DNA of 62,665 bases, counting the filler, from Chrysochromulina tobinii (Eukaryota), in assembly GCA_001275005.1 (NCBI GenBank). It is 7 parts of 7 records of this genome, joined end to end, with 100 filler letters (N's around TTAATTAATTAA, not from the genome) between each part and the next. Parts side by side here need not be neighbours in the genome. Positions count along the whole stretch, not along the records: positions 9,772 to 18,920 come from JWZX01001093.1; positions 19,021 to 24,169 come from JWZX01001095.1; 5 more parts are not named here. One strand, 5' to 3'. Shown here piece after piece: positions 10,065-20,741 of this stretch (position 1 is the first letter of the stretch; every line of letters begins with the position of its first letter). The position numbers and the translations under genes are program-made. The notes under the pieces are model-generated. The model worked only from the letters and a program-made list of their open reading frames with translations. It made no database searches and was not told where the DNA came from.

Positions 10065-13000
10065 ATGATGCATGTGATGGCGTCGGGCGCCATCGACTGG
10101 GCCATCCAAACGGGCGGCACGTCTAGCTCCCAAGGCCTCGGCATCGCGTACGATGGCGCGGGAGGGGCTCTCGTGACGGGCTACTTCTACGGCGAGGCTT
10201 CGTTCGGCTCGACGTCCCTCACAAGCCGCGGCATGCAGGACGCGTTCGTGATGCACGTGACGGCATCAGGTGCCATCGACTGGGCCATCCAGGCGGGCGG
10301 CTCGTCTTATGACGGCGGCAACGGCATCGCGCACGATGGTGCGGGAGGTGCGCTCGTGACTGGCTACTTCAGCGGCGAGGCCTCGTTCGGTTCGACGTCC
10401 TTGACAAGTCGCGGCATGCCGCAGGACGCGTTCGCATGCGCGTTCGTGATGCACGTCACGGCATCGGGCGCCATCGACTGGGCCATCCAAACGGGTGGCG
10501 AACTCGATGACGGCGGCTACGGCATCGCGCACGATGGCGCGGGAGGGGCTCTCGTGACGGGCTACTTCTACGGCGAGGCGTCGTTCGGCTCGACGTCCCT
10601 CATAAGCCGAGGCAGTAACGACGCGTTCGTGATGCACGTGGCTGCATCTGGCGCCATCGACTGGGCCATCCAAACGGGCGGCACGTCTTATGACGGAGGC
10701 TGCAGTATCGCGCACGATAGCGAGGGAGGTGCTGTCGTGATGGGCTACTTCAGCGGCGAGTCGTCGTTCGGCTCGACGTCCCTCACAAGCCGCGGGGAGT
10801 ACGACGTGTTCGTGATGCACGTGACGGCGTCGGGCGCCATCGACTGGGCCATCCAGGCGGGCGGCACGTCTTATGACGGCGGCTACGGCATCGCGTACGA
10901 TGGCGTGGGAGGGGCTCTCGTGACGGGCTACTTCTACGGCGAAGCTTCGTTCGGCTCGACGTCCCTTATAAGCCGCGGGGATTACGACGCGTTCGTGATG
11001 CACGTGACGGCATCGGGCACCATCGACTGGGCCATCCAGGCGGGCGGCACGTCTGATGATCGCGGCTACGGTATCGCGCACGATAGCGCGGGAGGGGCTC
11101 TCGTGACGGGCTACTTCAAAGGCAAGACCTCGTTCGGCTCGACGTCCCTCACAAGCCGCGGCGGTTACGACGCGTTCGTGATGCACGTGACGGCGTTGGG
11201 CGTCATCGACTGGGCCATCCAAGCGGGTGGCGCATTTGATGACGGCGGCTACGGCATCGCGTACGATGGCGCGGGAGGTGCTCTCGTGACGGGCTACTTC
11301 AACGGCGAGGCATTGTTTGGGTCGAAGACACTCACAACAAGCCAGACTGCAGCAACCTGCTTTGTTGCTTCGCTAACTATAAGTGTTGTGCCTGATGGCG
11401 AGTGCAATGGCGATGCGTGCGATGGTTCGCCTCCAGATCTACCTCCGCTGCCGGGCGGTGCACCATCACCATCACCTGCACCATCACGTGCACCATCACC
11501 ACCACGTAATGGCCCGCCCCAACCACCTGCATCGCCATTCTACCTACCACCTGCAGTTACGGCCCCCGAGCAACCCGCAGTTGCGATGCCCACCCTCGCA
11601 ACCAGTCTTGCACTTCTGGGACTGTTGTTGGTGTGCTTCCATCGCCGCCACTACCGCCGCCTGGCCGACAACTTTCGGGTCTCGCGCGACCGCGCCCAGA
11701 TCGACCTCCAGCTGCTCGAACACCGCTTCAAACAGCAGACTCATCCTCCGCAATGGGAGGACTCGCATTGGGCCGTGCCTGACCACCCTCCACGCCCTCC
11801 ATCTGAGTCGCCGCCATCCTCAACCCCGCCCGGCCCACCCTCCTCTAGTGGCAGCGGTCGATGTGGCAGCGGTGGCGGTGGTGCTGGAAGCGATGCTGGG
11901 AGCTCACGGGGTGGACAAAAAAGGCACGGTGATGGCGGGAGCTCGACGGCGGGCTCGGATGTGGCCTTGGATGCAGGCGCGACTTCGCGGGCCCGCGCAG
12001 GCGCACCTTTGCGGGGCCGCGATGCCTTCAGCGTGATCTACGAAGAGACCATCGATGCCGTCTTCAAGGCAGACTCTAGGGCAGCCGGGCTGGCCAAGCT
12101 ACGCCCTTATCTCGACGCGAACATGTCCAAAGAGAGCGCCGACGCCTTTCAGGAGTGCTGCGGGAAACTCTTCGTGCTCTCGCGCGTGCACACGTCGATG
12201 GCGCCAGAGGTCTCGTTCGCCAAGGTGCAAGAGATCACCGATGCCCTCAGCCGCGAGTGCTCGATGGCTAGTCACACCGCGGCGCCGCTCGTCGCGGGCC
12301 TCAAGCGCTTCGTCGAACAACGGATCCTTCCGAATGGCGCGCTCGATCGTATCACCGAGCAAGGCTTCAGGCTGCCCGTCGACGAGGTTGGGGCGCTTCT
12401 CGACCGGTACCGTTGGCCTCACGACGCCAAGCGTCAGCAGGTGATGTGCATCTTGCGTAAGACCTTGGAAGCGGTCGCGGAGCTACGTGCCACATCGGAT
12501 GCTGCTGTGAGTGGCAGCGAGAGCATCCAGGAGGCTAGGCTCATCTTGAACCACTCGCACGAGCGTCTGGTCCGGACCATGGAAAGCGTGCTCGACGAGC
12601 ATGCGACGCGTGCGGACCCGACGCTCGTACTGGGCCAGAACCTCTTTGTCGCGGTGTCGCGCGTCGCACAGGCGCAAGAGCAGGAGAACGTCCACCGCCT
12701 GCAGAGTAGGAGCTGGCCACCCTTGCACTCTCGAGTCCAGACGGTGTTCGCAGAAGCAGAGGCGAGGGCAAAGGCGGCGGTGAAGGCGGAGGCAAAGGCG
12801 AAGGCGAAGGTGGCAGAGGAGGTGGCGATGGCGACGGCAAAGGCTGCGGCTGCGGCGGAGGCGGAGGCGGAGGCGGAGACTGCCAAGGGGGCGGCCAAGG
12901 AGGCGGCGGAAGAGGCAAACAGGGAGCGATTAGAGCGCTACGAAGCGCACGAACAGGTACCACCGATCTGCCCTCCTTGCTTGCCTCACTCGAATCCTCA

Positions 13001-13470
13001 CCTCAAGCCCACACAATCTCACCCCCACTCCATGTGCGCAGGTCGAGGCGGCGGCGGCAAAGGAGGCGGAGATGAATCGCAAGCACTCGCCCAAGCACTC
13101 GCCTAAGGACTTGCCTGAGCACTCGCCTAAGCACTCGCCTAAGCCCTCGCCTAAGCACTCGCCTAAGCACTCGCCTAAGCACTCGCCCGAGCACTCGCCT
13201 AAGGACTTGCCTGAGCACTCGCCTAAGCACTCGCCTAAGCCCTCGCCTAAGCACTCGCCTAAGCACTCGCCTAAGCACTCGCCCAAGGACTCGCCCGAGC
13301 ACTCGCCGAAGGACTCGCCGAAGGACTCGCCGAAGGACTCGCCCGAGCACTCGCCAAAGGACTCGCCTAAGCACTCGCCGAAGCACTCATCTAAGCACTT
13401 GCCTAAGGACTCACCAAAGCTCTCGCCTAAGCACGCTGCCGTTATGGGAGAAGGTGCTGCGCAAAGCTAG
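10065..13470 (+). CDS. Single-pass membrane protein: 7 x 61-aa beta-propeller (SBBP-like) repeats, Pro-rich stalk, TM helix, helical cytosolic region, (KHSP)n tail; intron 12957-13041; start uncertain
   Basis: 183-bp repeats at 10068, 10251, 10449, 10632, 10815, 10998, 11181 (WAIQAGGTSYDGGYGIAYDGAGGALVTGYF); TM helix LATSLALLGLLLVCF; a GT..AG intron joins EAHEQ to VEAAAAKEAEMNRKHSP in frame. Confidence 0.8.
13081..13434 (+). repeat. 12-bp coding minisatellite (AAGCACTCGCCT)n encoding ~29 KHSP/KDSP/EHSP units
   Basis: Directly visible tandem array, with a higher-order duplicated block (KDLPEHSPKHSPKPSP). Confidence 0.95.
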
Positions 13471-13905
13471 AGGCCATCGCCTGAGCCATAGCTTGCATCT
13501 TGCCCGGGTTACCGACCTGAAGCCCTGAATCGAACCCGCGATGCCGAAATGACGAAAAAGAATTCTTAGGTCAACACATTCAATTCCCAAACAGGTGTAG
13601 GGTTGGGCCCCTATAAACATGAAAAATAGTAGACCACTCCACCTTGGGTCAAGTACATTATGTCAAAACTCTACACTGTTACTAAACAGTGTCAGACAGA
13701 CTGTTCTGTGCCCGGTCGTTTTCATGACAGCTTTACCGGATCTTCCCGAGTTCCGATTCGTCCTTCTGAGAAAGGTGCAGTCTGGAAGTGAAGCCCAGCT
13801 GCTGGGCTTTGGACATGAAGCCCTCGACCAGGGCTGGGCGATCGATGTGGCGAAGCGGCGGGCTCTGGTGCGGCACGTACATGTGGCGAAGCGGGCCCGA
13901 GCGTG

Positions 13906-14927
13906 CTAGAGCGTGAGCCCACGCCTCAGCTCCTCGAGTACCGCCGCAACCGCGCTCGTGTTGTGGCAATGCCACACGCCCGACCCTGAGGCGCAAACGC
14001 CTCGCTGGCAGCGCTTTACGCGCTCGACGGGCAGCACGGCCACGGACACGTTGAAGCTCGCCGGCAGGATTGCGAGCGCCATCTCGGGCTTGAGCATCAG
14101 GGGGCCGCCCCCGGCTTGCGAGCGAAGCTGCACGTGGCGCTCAGATTGTCCCACAGCAGGTGCTTGCCCGAGGTACTGCTCGATCCCGAGATGGTCCCAC
14201 AGCAGGTTCGAGGGGGGGCGCGTAAGAGAGCTGGCCGGAATGCGAAGAGGTCTGAGAGATATGCAATCGGCCGGCGCTGCCCGTACCAAAACATGCGCGT
14301 TGGCGTCGCCAGCAGGGCAGCGTGGCGGCCCGCACTGCCAGGCGCACCATCGGGAAAAGGTGCAGAAGTAGCGAGGGCCCGGGAGAGCACATTGGAGAGC
14401 AGCATCGGCGCAGGTGGCAGCAAGTAGACGTCTGGATGGGTGAACACCACCCACGCATAGCGCCGCCATACGTGCTCCGTTGCGGAGAGCGAGTGCAGAA
14501 GCCCGCACCGATAGCCTGTGTTTGCTCCGCTGTGCATGAGCACTCGCACCCGCTGTGGGTAGTGAGCCATCGCACGCACCATGAAGGCAGTCGTTCCCGT
14601 CACGTCGGTCGAGAAGAGCAGCACGTGCGAGCGTAACACCGCAGCGGCGTTGGCTGACAGCGCGAGCGCGTCAGCGTGCAGATGCCACGACTCTCGGTGC
14701 CCGTGACCGTGCACAAACCAGAGGCCAAAGGATTCATCTATCAGCGCCACCTCGAATGCGGTGCGCGCAGCAGCGCCTGCGCTCAGCTGCCCATTGATCA
14801 TAGCCGCAGTGATCGGCACCGTCGCCACAGCAAAGGCAATCAACGGCTCCATAAATGGCGGGTGCTTGGGCAAGCACCCGGTGAGCGCGGCCTCGAAGCT
14901 GACGCCCATTTCCACCAGCAAATGCAT
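13906..14927 (-). CDS. Hypothetical glycosyltransferase-like protein (frameshift at homopolymer 14100-14104)
   Basis: N-terminal hydrophobic anchor, NTGYRCG, and YAWVVFTHPDVY (DxD-like); adding one C joins ARKPGAAP to LMLKPEMALAIL..GVWHCHN. Confidence 0.55.
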
Positions 14928-14978
14928 GCATGCTTCCTAAGTTCCGGTGCTGCATTTGGAAGTGTTTGAGTTTGCTCG

Positions 14979-15653
14979 ATGGCCTCCTTTAGCACATGGG
15001 TTCGAGATGTTCTCCTTGAACAGACGATCGCCACCCATGGATACGAGTGGGCGAACGAGGGTGTTCTGGCCGAGCGGCAGGAACACAAACGCACGCGCGA
15101 GCAGTTCAAAGCGGTTGTGAAGGCGGCGCACGCTGCCGAGCTCGCAAGTGAAGAGCAGCTTGCGCGTGTCCTTGCGGAGCTCAAAGCGAGTGAACAGCAT
15201 GGTGAAGAGCAGCTTGCGCGTGTCCTTGCGGAGCTCAAAGCGAGCCGAGAGCGCGAAAAGCTTGCGTGGCAGGTGATCGAGGACATGCAAGAGCAACATG
15301 CGCTTACTGTCGCGGAGCTCGATGCGAGCTTAAAACGTGAGATGTTGGCGCGGGAGCGAGGACGGCAGGTGATGGCCGTAATGGAGGAGCAACAGGTGCG
15401 CTTGATCTCTGAGCTCGAGGCGAACCATGAGCATGAGCGTCTCACATGGGAGCGACGGAGCTTTGCGAATGGATACGAGGCGGCCTTACGTGGCGATACA
15501 TACGAGGGATACGTGGCGGCCAAGAGGGCGCTCATGGCTCATGGCACTCAGGGCGTGGCCGCAACTAGCAGCGGCTCCGACGCCAAGGTCACGTACGAGT
15601 CAAGTGCTCCAGTGAGTGAGCTTCTGCTGACTCACTGGCGCATCGAGCGATAG
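14979..15653 (+). CDS. Hypothetical coiled-coil protein
   Basis: 224-aa E/Q/R/A-rich ORF with an internal duplication (EEQLARVLAELKAS x2). Confidence 0.6.
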   Translation: MASFSTWVRDVLLEQTIATHGYEWANEGVLAERQEHKRTREQFKAVVKAAHAAELASEEQLARVLAELKASEQHGEEQLARVLAELKASREREKLAWQVIEDMQEQHALTVAELDASLKREMLARERGRQVMAVMEEQQVRLISELEANHEHERLTWERRSFANGYEAALRGDTYEGYVAAKRALMAHGTQGVAATSSGSDAKVTYESSAPVSELLLTHWRIER

Positions 15654-15866
15654 CCCAGGTCAGGGCGCATCAAGCCGATACGTACGCGCCAAGATCATGG
15701 GTTCGGTGCTAGCGTGAGGTTAGAGTTACAGGTACGACAAGCCTTGATTTCACCTGAACTGAAACAAGTGGTTCTGTCCCGTAATGTAGTTTTGAAGCCC
15801 GCCACGTGTACAACCGCGAGCAGTCCACAGTGACCACAATGCTTTGCCAAAGCGGCTAAGCGCGGC

Positions 15867-17934
15867 ATGCCCAAGCGCGAGCTCAGCGGCGAACCGAAGG
15901 TGATCGCCGAGGGTGGCGTTGCCATCACAAAGTCAGCCTCATCGCCGCCGTCTAAGGTCACCGTCATCGGCGCCGGCCGCCTCGGCCTGTGCTGGGGACT
16001 CTGCGTCGAGAAGGCGGGCATTGCGGTCAAGGCAGTCGACATCTTCCCGTCGTACGTGGAAGCGATTAACAAGAAGACGCTGGTGTCACACGAGCCGTCA
16101 CTTATGGACATGCTCCAGGCGTCCACGCAGCTCGACGCGACGCTCTCTCTAGCGGAGGGCGTCGCATTCTCGCCGTACCTCTTTGTCTTCGTGCAGACGC
16201 CCTCGTCGGGCACGGAGCAGCACTACGACCACACGCATCTGAACGACGTGCTCTCGCAGATAAATACGCTAGGCGTCCGCGATGCACACGTTGTCATCTG
16301 CTGCACCGTCATGCCTGGCTATTGCGACACAATCGCTCCGGCGCTGCTTGCCGACTGCATGAACGTTACGGTGAGCTACTCACCAGAGTTCATTGCGCAG
16401 GGCGCGATCATCGAGGGCACGCTGCGACCCGACGTCGCACTCATCGGTGAGGGCTCCGAGGCCGCTGGTGACATGCTCGAGGCCCTCACCCGCACCTACG
16501 TCCTCAACGACGACGTGACCATCCATCGAATCAGCCCGGGATCGGCCGAGATTGCGAAGCTCGCGCTGAACGGTTTCGTCACTCTCAAGATCGCGTTCGC
16601 GAACTTTCTGGGCGACCTGGCCGATGCGGCCGAGGTGCGCCGCCGCCGGTATGCGCCCACAACGGCGCGCGACGACCCGCGACGGCGCATCGATAAGCTC
16701 GACGTGGCGCGTGCGATAGGGAGTGACAGTCGAGTCGGCTCCAAGTGCTTGCTGCCAGGGTATGTCGATTGCGGTGGAGTGCGATTGAGTGCGCGTGCGA
16801 GAGGGAGTGACAGTCGGGGGGGGCTGTTCTTGTGCACCCAGTGCTTGCCGCGCCATTGAGTGCACCTCCTCTGCATGCATGCAGGTATGGCTTTGGCGGC
16901 CCGTGCTTCCATGCATGCTGATTGCCTCCCTGCATGCTGATTGCATCCCTCATCAGGTATGGCTTTGGCGGCCCGTGCTTCCCGCGCGACGGGCGCGCGC
17001 TTGCCGAGGTGGCACGCCAAGTGGCGACCGAGGCGCTGCCGCTCGACACGGCGCTCGTCGAAGCGCCGGCGCGTGCGAATGCGGCGCATGCCCTCTTCCA
17101 ATCGAGATGGCTGATCGAGAGGGCCGACTTGGCGCTCAGAAGGGCGGCCAGCGAGGAGGGCGGCGGCAGCTGTGGCGGCGGCGGCGGCGGCGGCGGTTGC
17201 GGCAGCAGTTGTGGCGAGGGAAGCCCTGTTGGTGGCGAGGGTGGCGTCGGCGCGCGCGCGCGCGCGCACCGGTGCGTGATCGTCTTCGATGACGTCACGT
17301 TCAAGCCCGGGTTGGGAGTGCCCCTTGTTCTCGAGTCGCAGAAACTCGTCGTCGCGCAGCAGGTCATTGCCTCTGATCGCCTCGGGGATGGCCTCTGAAC
17401 GCCTCTGATAGCCTCTGATAGCCTCTGATAGCCTCTGATAGCCTCTGATAGCCGCTGATAGCCTCTGATAGCCGCTGATAGCCTCTGATAGCCTCTGATA
17501 GCATCTAATTACCGCTGAGTGCCGCTCCGCTGAGCGCCACGGTGTGCCGCTGAGGGCCTCTGACGACCTATGTGTGCCTCTGATGACCTATGAGTGTCTC
17601 TGAGTGCATCGGCTGCGTGCCCACTCGGAGCATATGGGTACTCCATGACTGATTGCATGCTGATTGCCTCCCTCATCAGGCTGCGTCGCCCACTCGGAGC
17701 ATATGGTTGCCATCCGCGAGCCCCGTGAGGCAGTGCTGCACGCGGTGCGTAGGGACTATGGCGTCCGCTTCGAGTACTGGCGCCTCCCGCCGCCGCAGCT
17801 CCCGCCCCTCCCTGAAGGCACTCGGGTGATTATCGCTGATGACGAGCTGTTGCCTGAACGCCACGGACGCAAGGTGCGCGTGCCGCTCAATAGCAACGGC
17901 AGCGAGCTCATGGGCGGTGGAGGCGGTGGAGGCG

Positions 17935-17967
<33 letters not shown>

Positions 17968-18119
17968 GCGGAGGCGGAGGCGGCGGCGGCGTTTACGTGC
18001 ATGGGGGTGTTGTCGCGGAGATGGCGCCTGACGCCGCGCTCGCTGCCACTGATGTCATGACACCGCCCAGTGAGCAAAGAGGCGAGGGGCGAGCGAGCCT
18101 GCCCACGAGCTTTGTGTGA
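15867..18119 (+). CDS. UDP-glucose/GDP-mannose dehydrogenase family protein; introns 16760-16956 and ~17362-17679 (second junction unresolved); poly-Gly near C-terminus
   Basis: Rossmann VIGAGRLG, VQTPS, YSPEFIAQG, AEIAKLALNGFVTLKIAFAN; splicing gives DSRVGSKCLLPGYGFGGPCFPRD with the catalytic Cys; C-terminal TFKPG..ESQKL. Confidence 0.9.
17398..17503 (+). repeat. Intronic 10-bp satellite (GCCTCTGATA)n
   Basis: About 10 tandem copies inside the second dehydrogenase intron. Confidence 0.95.
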
Positions 18120-18229
18120 GAGGAGTACATGTAATTACTGTCCTAAACCTTTAGATCCGTTGGCGGCCGAGAATTGAGAGCATGTAATGTGCATGTAATT
18201 GCACAGCTCAATTCCACAAAAACGTGCAA

Positions 18230-18920
18230 ATGCGGCCATTCTTTGTTGTGCTCATCCTGTGCGTCTGCGCGGGCCTCGGGCTGCTCTCGCAGCTGGACAT
18301 GCTGCATACGCTGTCCACCAACGCAGGCTTCCGCGCGCGGCGAGTGCTCGGCGGCTTGCCCTTTGACGTCGTCACGCGCTGCTCGGGCAGCGGCAGCGGC
18401 GGCAGCAGCTACAACGGCGGCAGCAGCGGGCAGGCTCTGGGTGCCGGCTCGACGAGCCTCGTCGCCGTGTGCTCGAACCGATCGGCATCACTGATGAGAG
18501 TGCTGCCGTCATGGCTTGTCGTGCGCGGCGTGAGCGAAATCCTCATCCTCGAGTGGGGCAACGCGGACGCGCCACTCGGGCCACGGCTGCCCCGCGACTC
18601 CCGCGTCCGGCTGGTGCGTGCGCCCTTGGAGCGCGAGTGGAACCTGGCGCGGGGGTACAACCTGGCGCTACAGCTCGCACGCAGCGAGCGTATCCTCAAG
18701 GTCGACTCCGACACGTGGCTCGCGCCCGAGGTGCTTGATAAGCAGCCGCTGCAAGAGGGCACCTTCCTCAGAGGTTGCCGAGACGGCGCCCTGGACGAGA
18801 ACGGGCGTCATCTGAATGGGGTGATGCTCGTGCGGAGGGCGGACGTGCTTGGGGTGCTCGGGTACGACGAGCGGATGCGCGGCTACGGCTACGACGACAC
18901 CGACCTATATCACCGTCTGA
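18230..18920 (+). CDS. Type II membrane glycosyltransferase (GT2/GT7-C-like), 3' truncated
   Basis: N-terminal TM anchor, WNLARGYN, KVDSD (DxD), GYDERMRGYGYDDTDLYHRL. Confidence 0.85.
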
Positions 18921-19020
18921 NNNNNNNNNNNNNNNNNNNNNNNNNNNNNNNNNNNNNNNNNNNNTTAATTAATTAANNNNNNNNNNNNNNNNNNNNNNNN
19001 NNNNNNNNNNNNNNNNNNNN
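18921..19020. other. Artificial contig linker
   Basis: N44-TTAATTAATTAA-N44. Confidence 0.99.
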
Positions 19021-20455
19021 CATGTGGCTGTGTCCAAGGGGCCGTCGGAAAGGCGAAGGCGCTGTCCAGCTCGTGCGAGTTCGTGTTGAGCTTGCAGCCC
19101 GCCGCGGCCGAGCCGTCTGGACACAGAGGCAGGCAGTCGGCTAGCAGTAGCACGTCAAGTGCATCGCCTGTGGATGCCATCCACGTGTGCCGTGCGCATG
19201 CGAGCACGCTTCCGTGGGCGCAGGCCGTGGCCGCCGCCTCGAGCGTGGACGACGCTTGGTCAGAGGATGCGCCGCTGTCCGTATCGGCCATGAGCCACTT
19301 GCCCGAGACGGGCATGCCGATGGCGACGTCGGCCAGTCCCAAGGGCGCGAACTCGACGCCAGCAGGTTGCCAAGAGAGGACAGTCGCCGCCGTATTAGTC
19401 CGACTGGGTGTCGAGGGCGAGGTCGGCGGCAGTGCTCGTGTGAGCTTGTTGCGCGTAAAGTGCGAATAGCGCGCGGGTGCGTCGAGCGGGGGGAACTGGC
19501 GGCTGCACGTGAAGAGGGTGCTCGGGTCGGCTGCAGAGCCGACGAGATCATCAAAGGGGATGAGGTTCGTACGCCCCCGGTAGAGATCCGACTTGTACGC
19601 ACATGTGCCGCCGAGTGGCCCAGCAGAGTCACCGACGGTGGCGCTCAGGTCGAAGGCTTCGCCCGTGGTCTGCGACGGGAGGAAGCCCGAGGGCCGCTTG
19701 CACTCTGGCTCGACTTCTGCAGTCCCAGAGGCCGTGTTGACGGTAGCCTGCTGGGCTGCCGCCGCCGCGATGATATCCGGGCCTGATCCTTGGGACAGCG
19801 AAGAGGATATGTGCGCCCGTGTGCAGCAATGTGATAACGAGCAGCCCAATCTGCCCGAGCCACATTCGGCAGGTGATTTCTTAAAGCCACGGCGGCAGCA
19901 GGCGCCCTGCGTGCCGCACCAACTGCATTCGCCCTGCTTCGAGCACGCCTTCCAGCAGTCTTGGTTGTTGTGCTTGAGGGGGTTGCGGCCCGTACGTGCG
20001 TGATTGTTGTCCGCCGGAGTCGGGATGTTTTCCTTGGCGGCGGCGATGCCACTGGAGCTGGAGTGGTTGTGCTCCACTCTCTGAGACCGCCGCCTTGCGC
20101 CCGCAAAGGGATTCACGATGCCGCCAATTGTGTGGTTCTTGTCCGCTTTGTGGCGCCGCCTCCTTGCACCCGCCGTGGGTCCGGCGGAGGTTTGATTGCT
20201 GCCAGGATCGTCGGTGAAGGGCCTCGACGCCGCGTACGGAGGCTTCTTCATCCGCTTCCAAAGCCGCGTGTACTTTGAGAACACGTCGTCTGAGTGGACT
20301 CCGGCACAGAGCTCACACGTGCCGCAGGCGACGGGACACTGGGCCATCGGGCATCGTCCCGAGTCGGCCCCGAACGCACATCGGCCCATAGCTCCGGGCT
20401 CAGGCCACGGGCCCGGGCAGCAGGTCCCGAGGAGAACGAGCGAAACGAGATGCAT
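19021..20455 (-). CDS. Secreted protein with ShK-like and second Cys-rich modules, possible glycosyltransferase region; 3' truncated
   Basis: Signal peptide MHLVSLVLLGTCC; CPVACGTC; CWKACSKQGECSWCGTQGACCRRG..HCC; ORF is open to the contig end. Confidence 0.65.
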
Positions 20456-20741
20456 AAGGACGAGGAGGCCACACAGTTTTTACAATAGGAAGGTCTCACC
20501 CACAGAGTGGCCAGCGTGCCCAGAGTGGCCGCTAGCGAGCGGTTACCCAGCGCGCTCGCGAGCGCGCATGAAGCGAGCGCACGAGCGAGCGCGCTTGCGG
20601 GGCCGCTGGGGGGGGGGGTAAGCTCCCGCTTGGAATTCCGCTCAAGCGCGCGCTTGAAGCGCAAGCGAGCGCGCTCTAGCGGGCGAGTGAGCGAGCGCAC
20701 TCGCTCGGACGCGACTCCCTTGCCGCCGACTTGCGTGCGCC

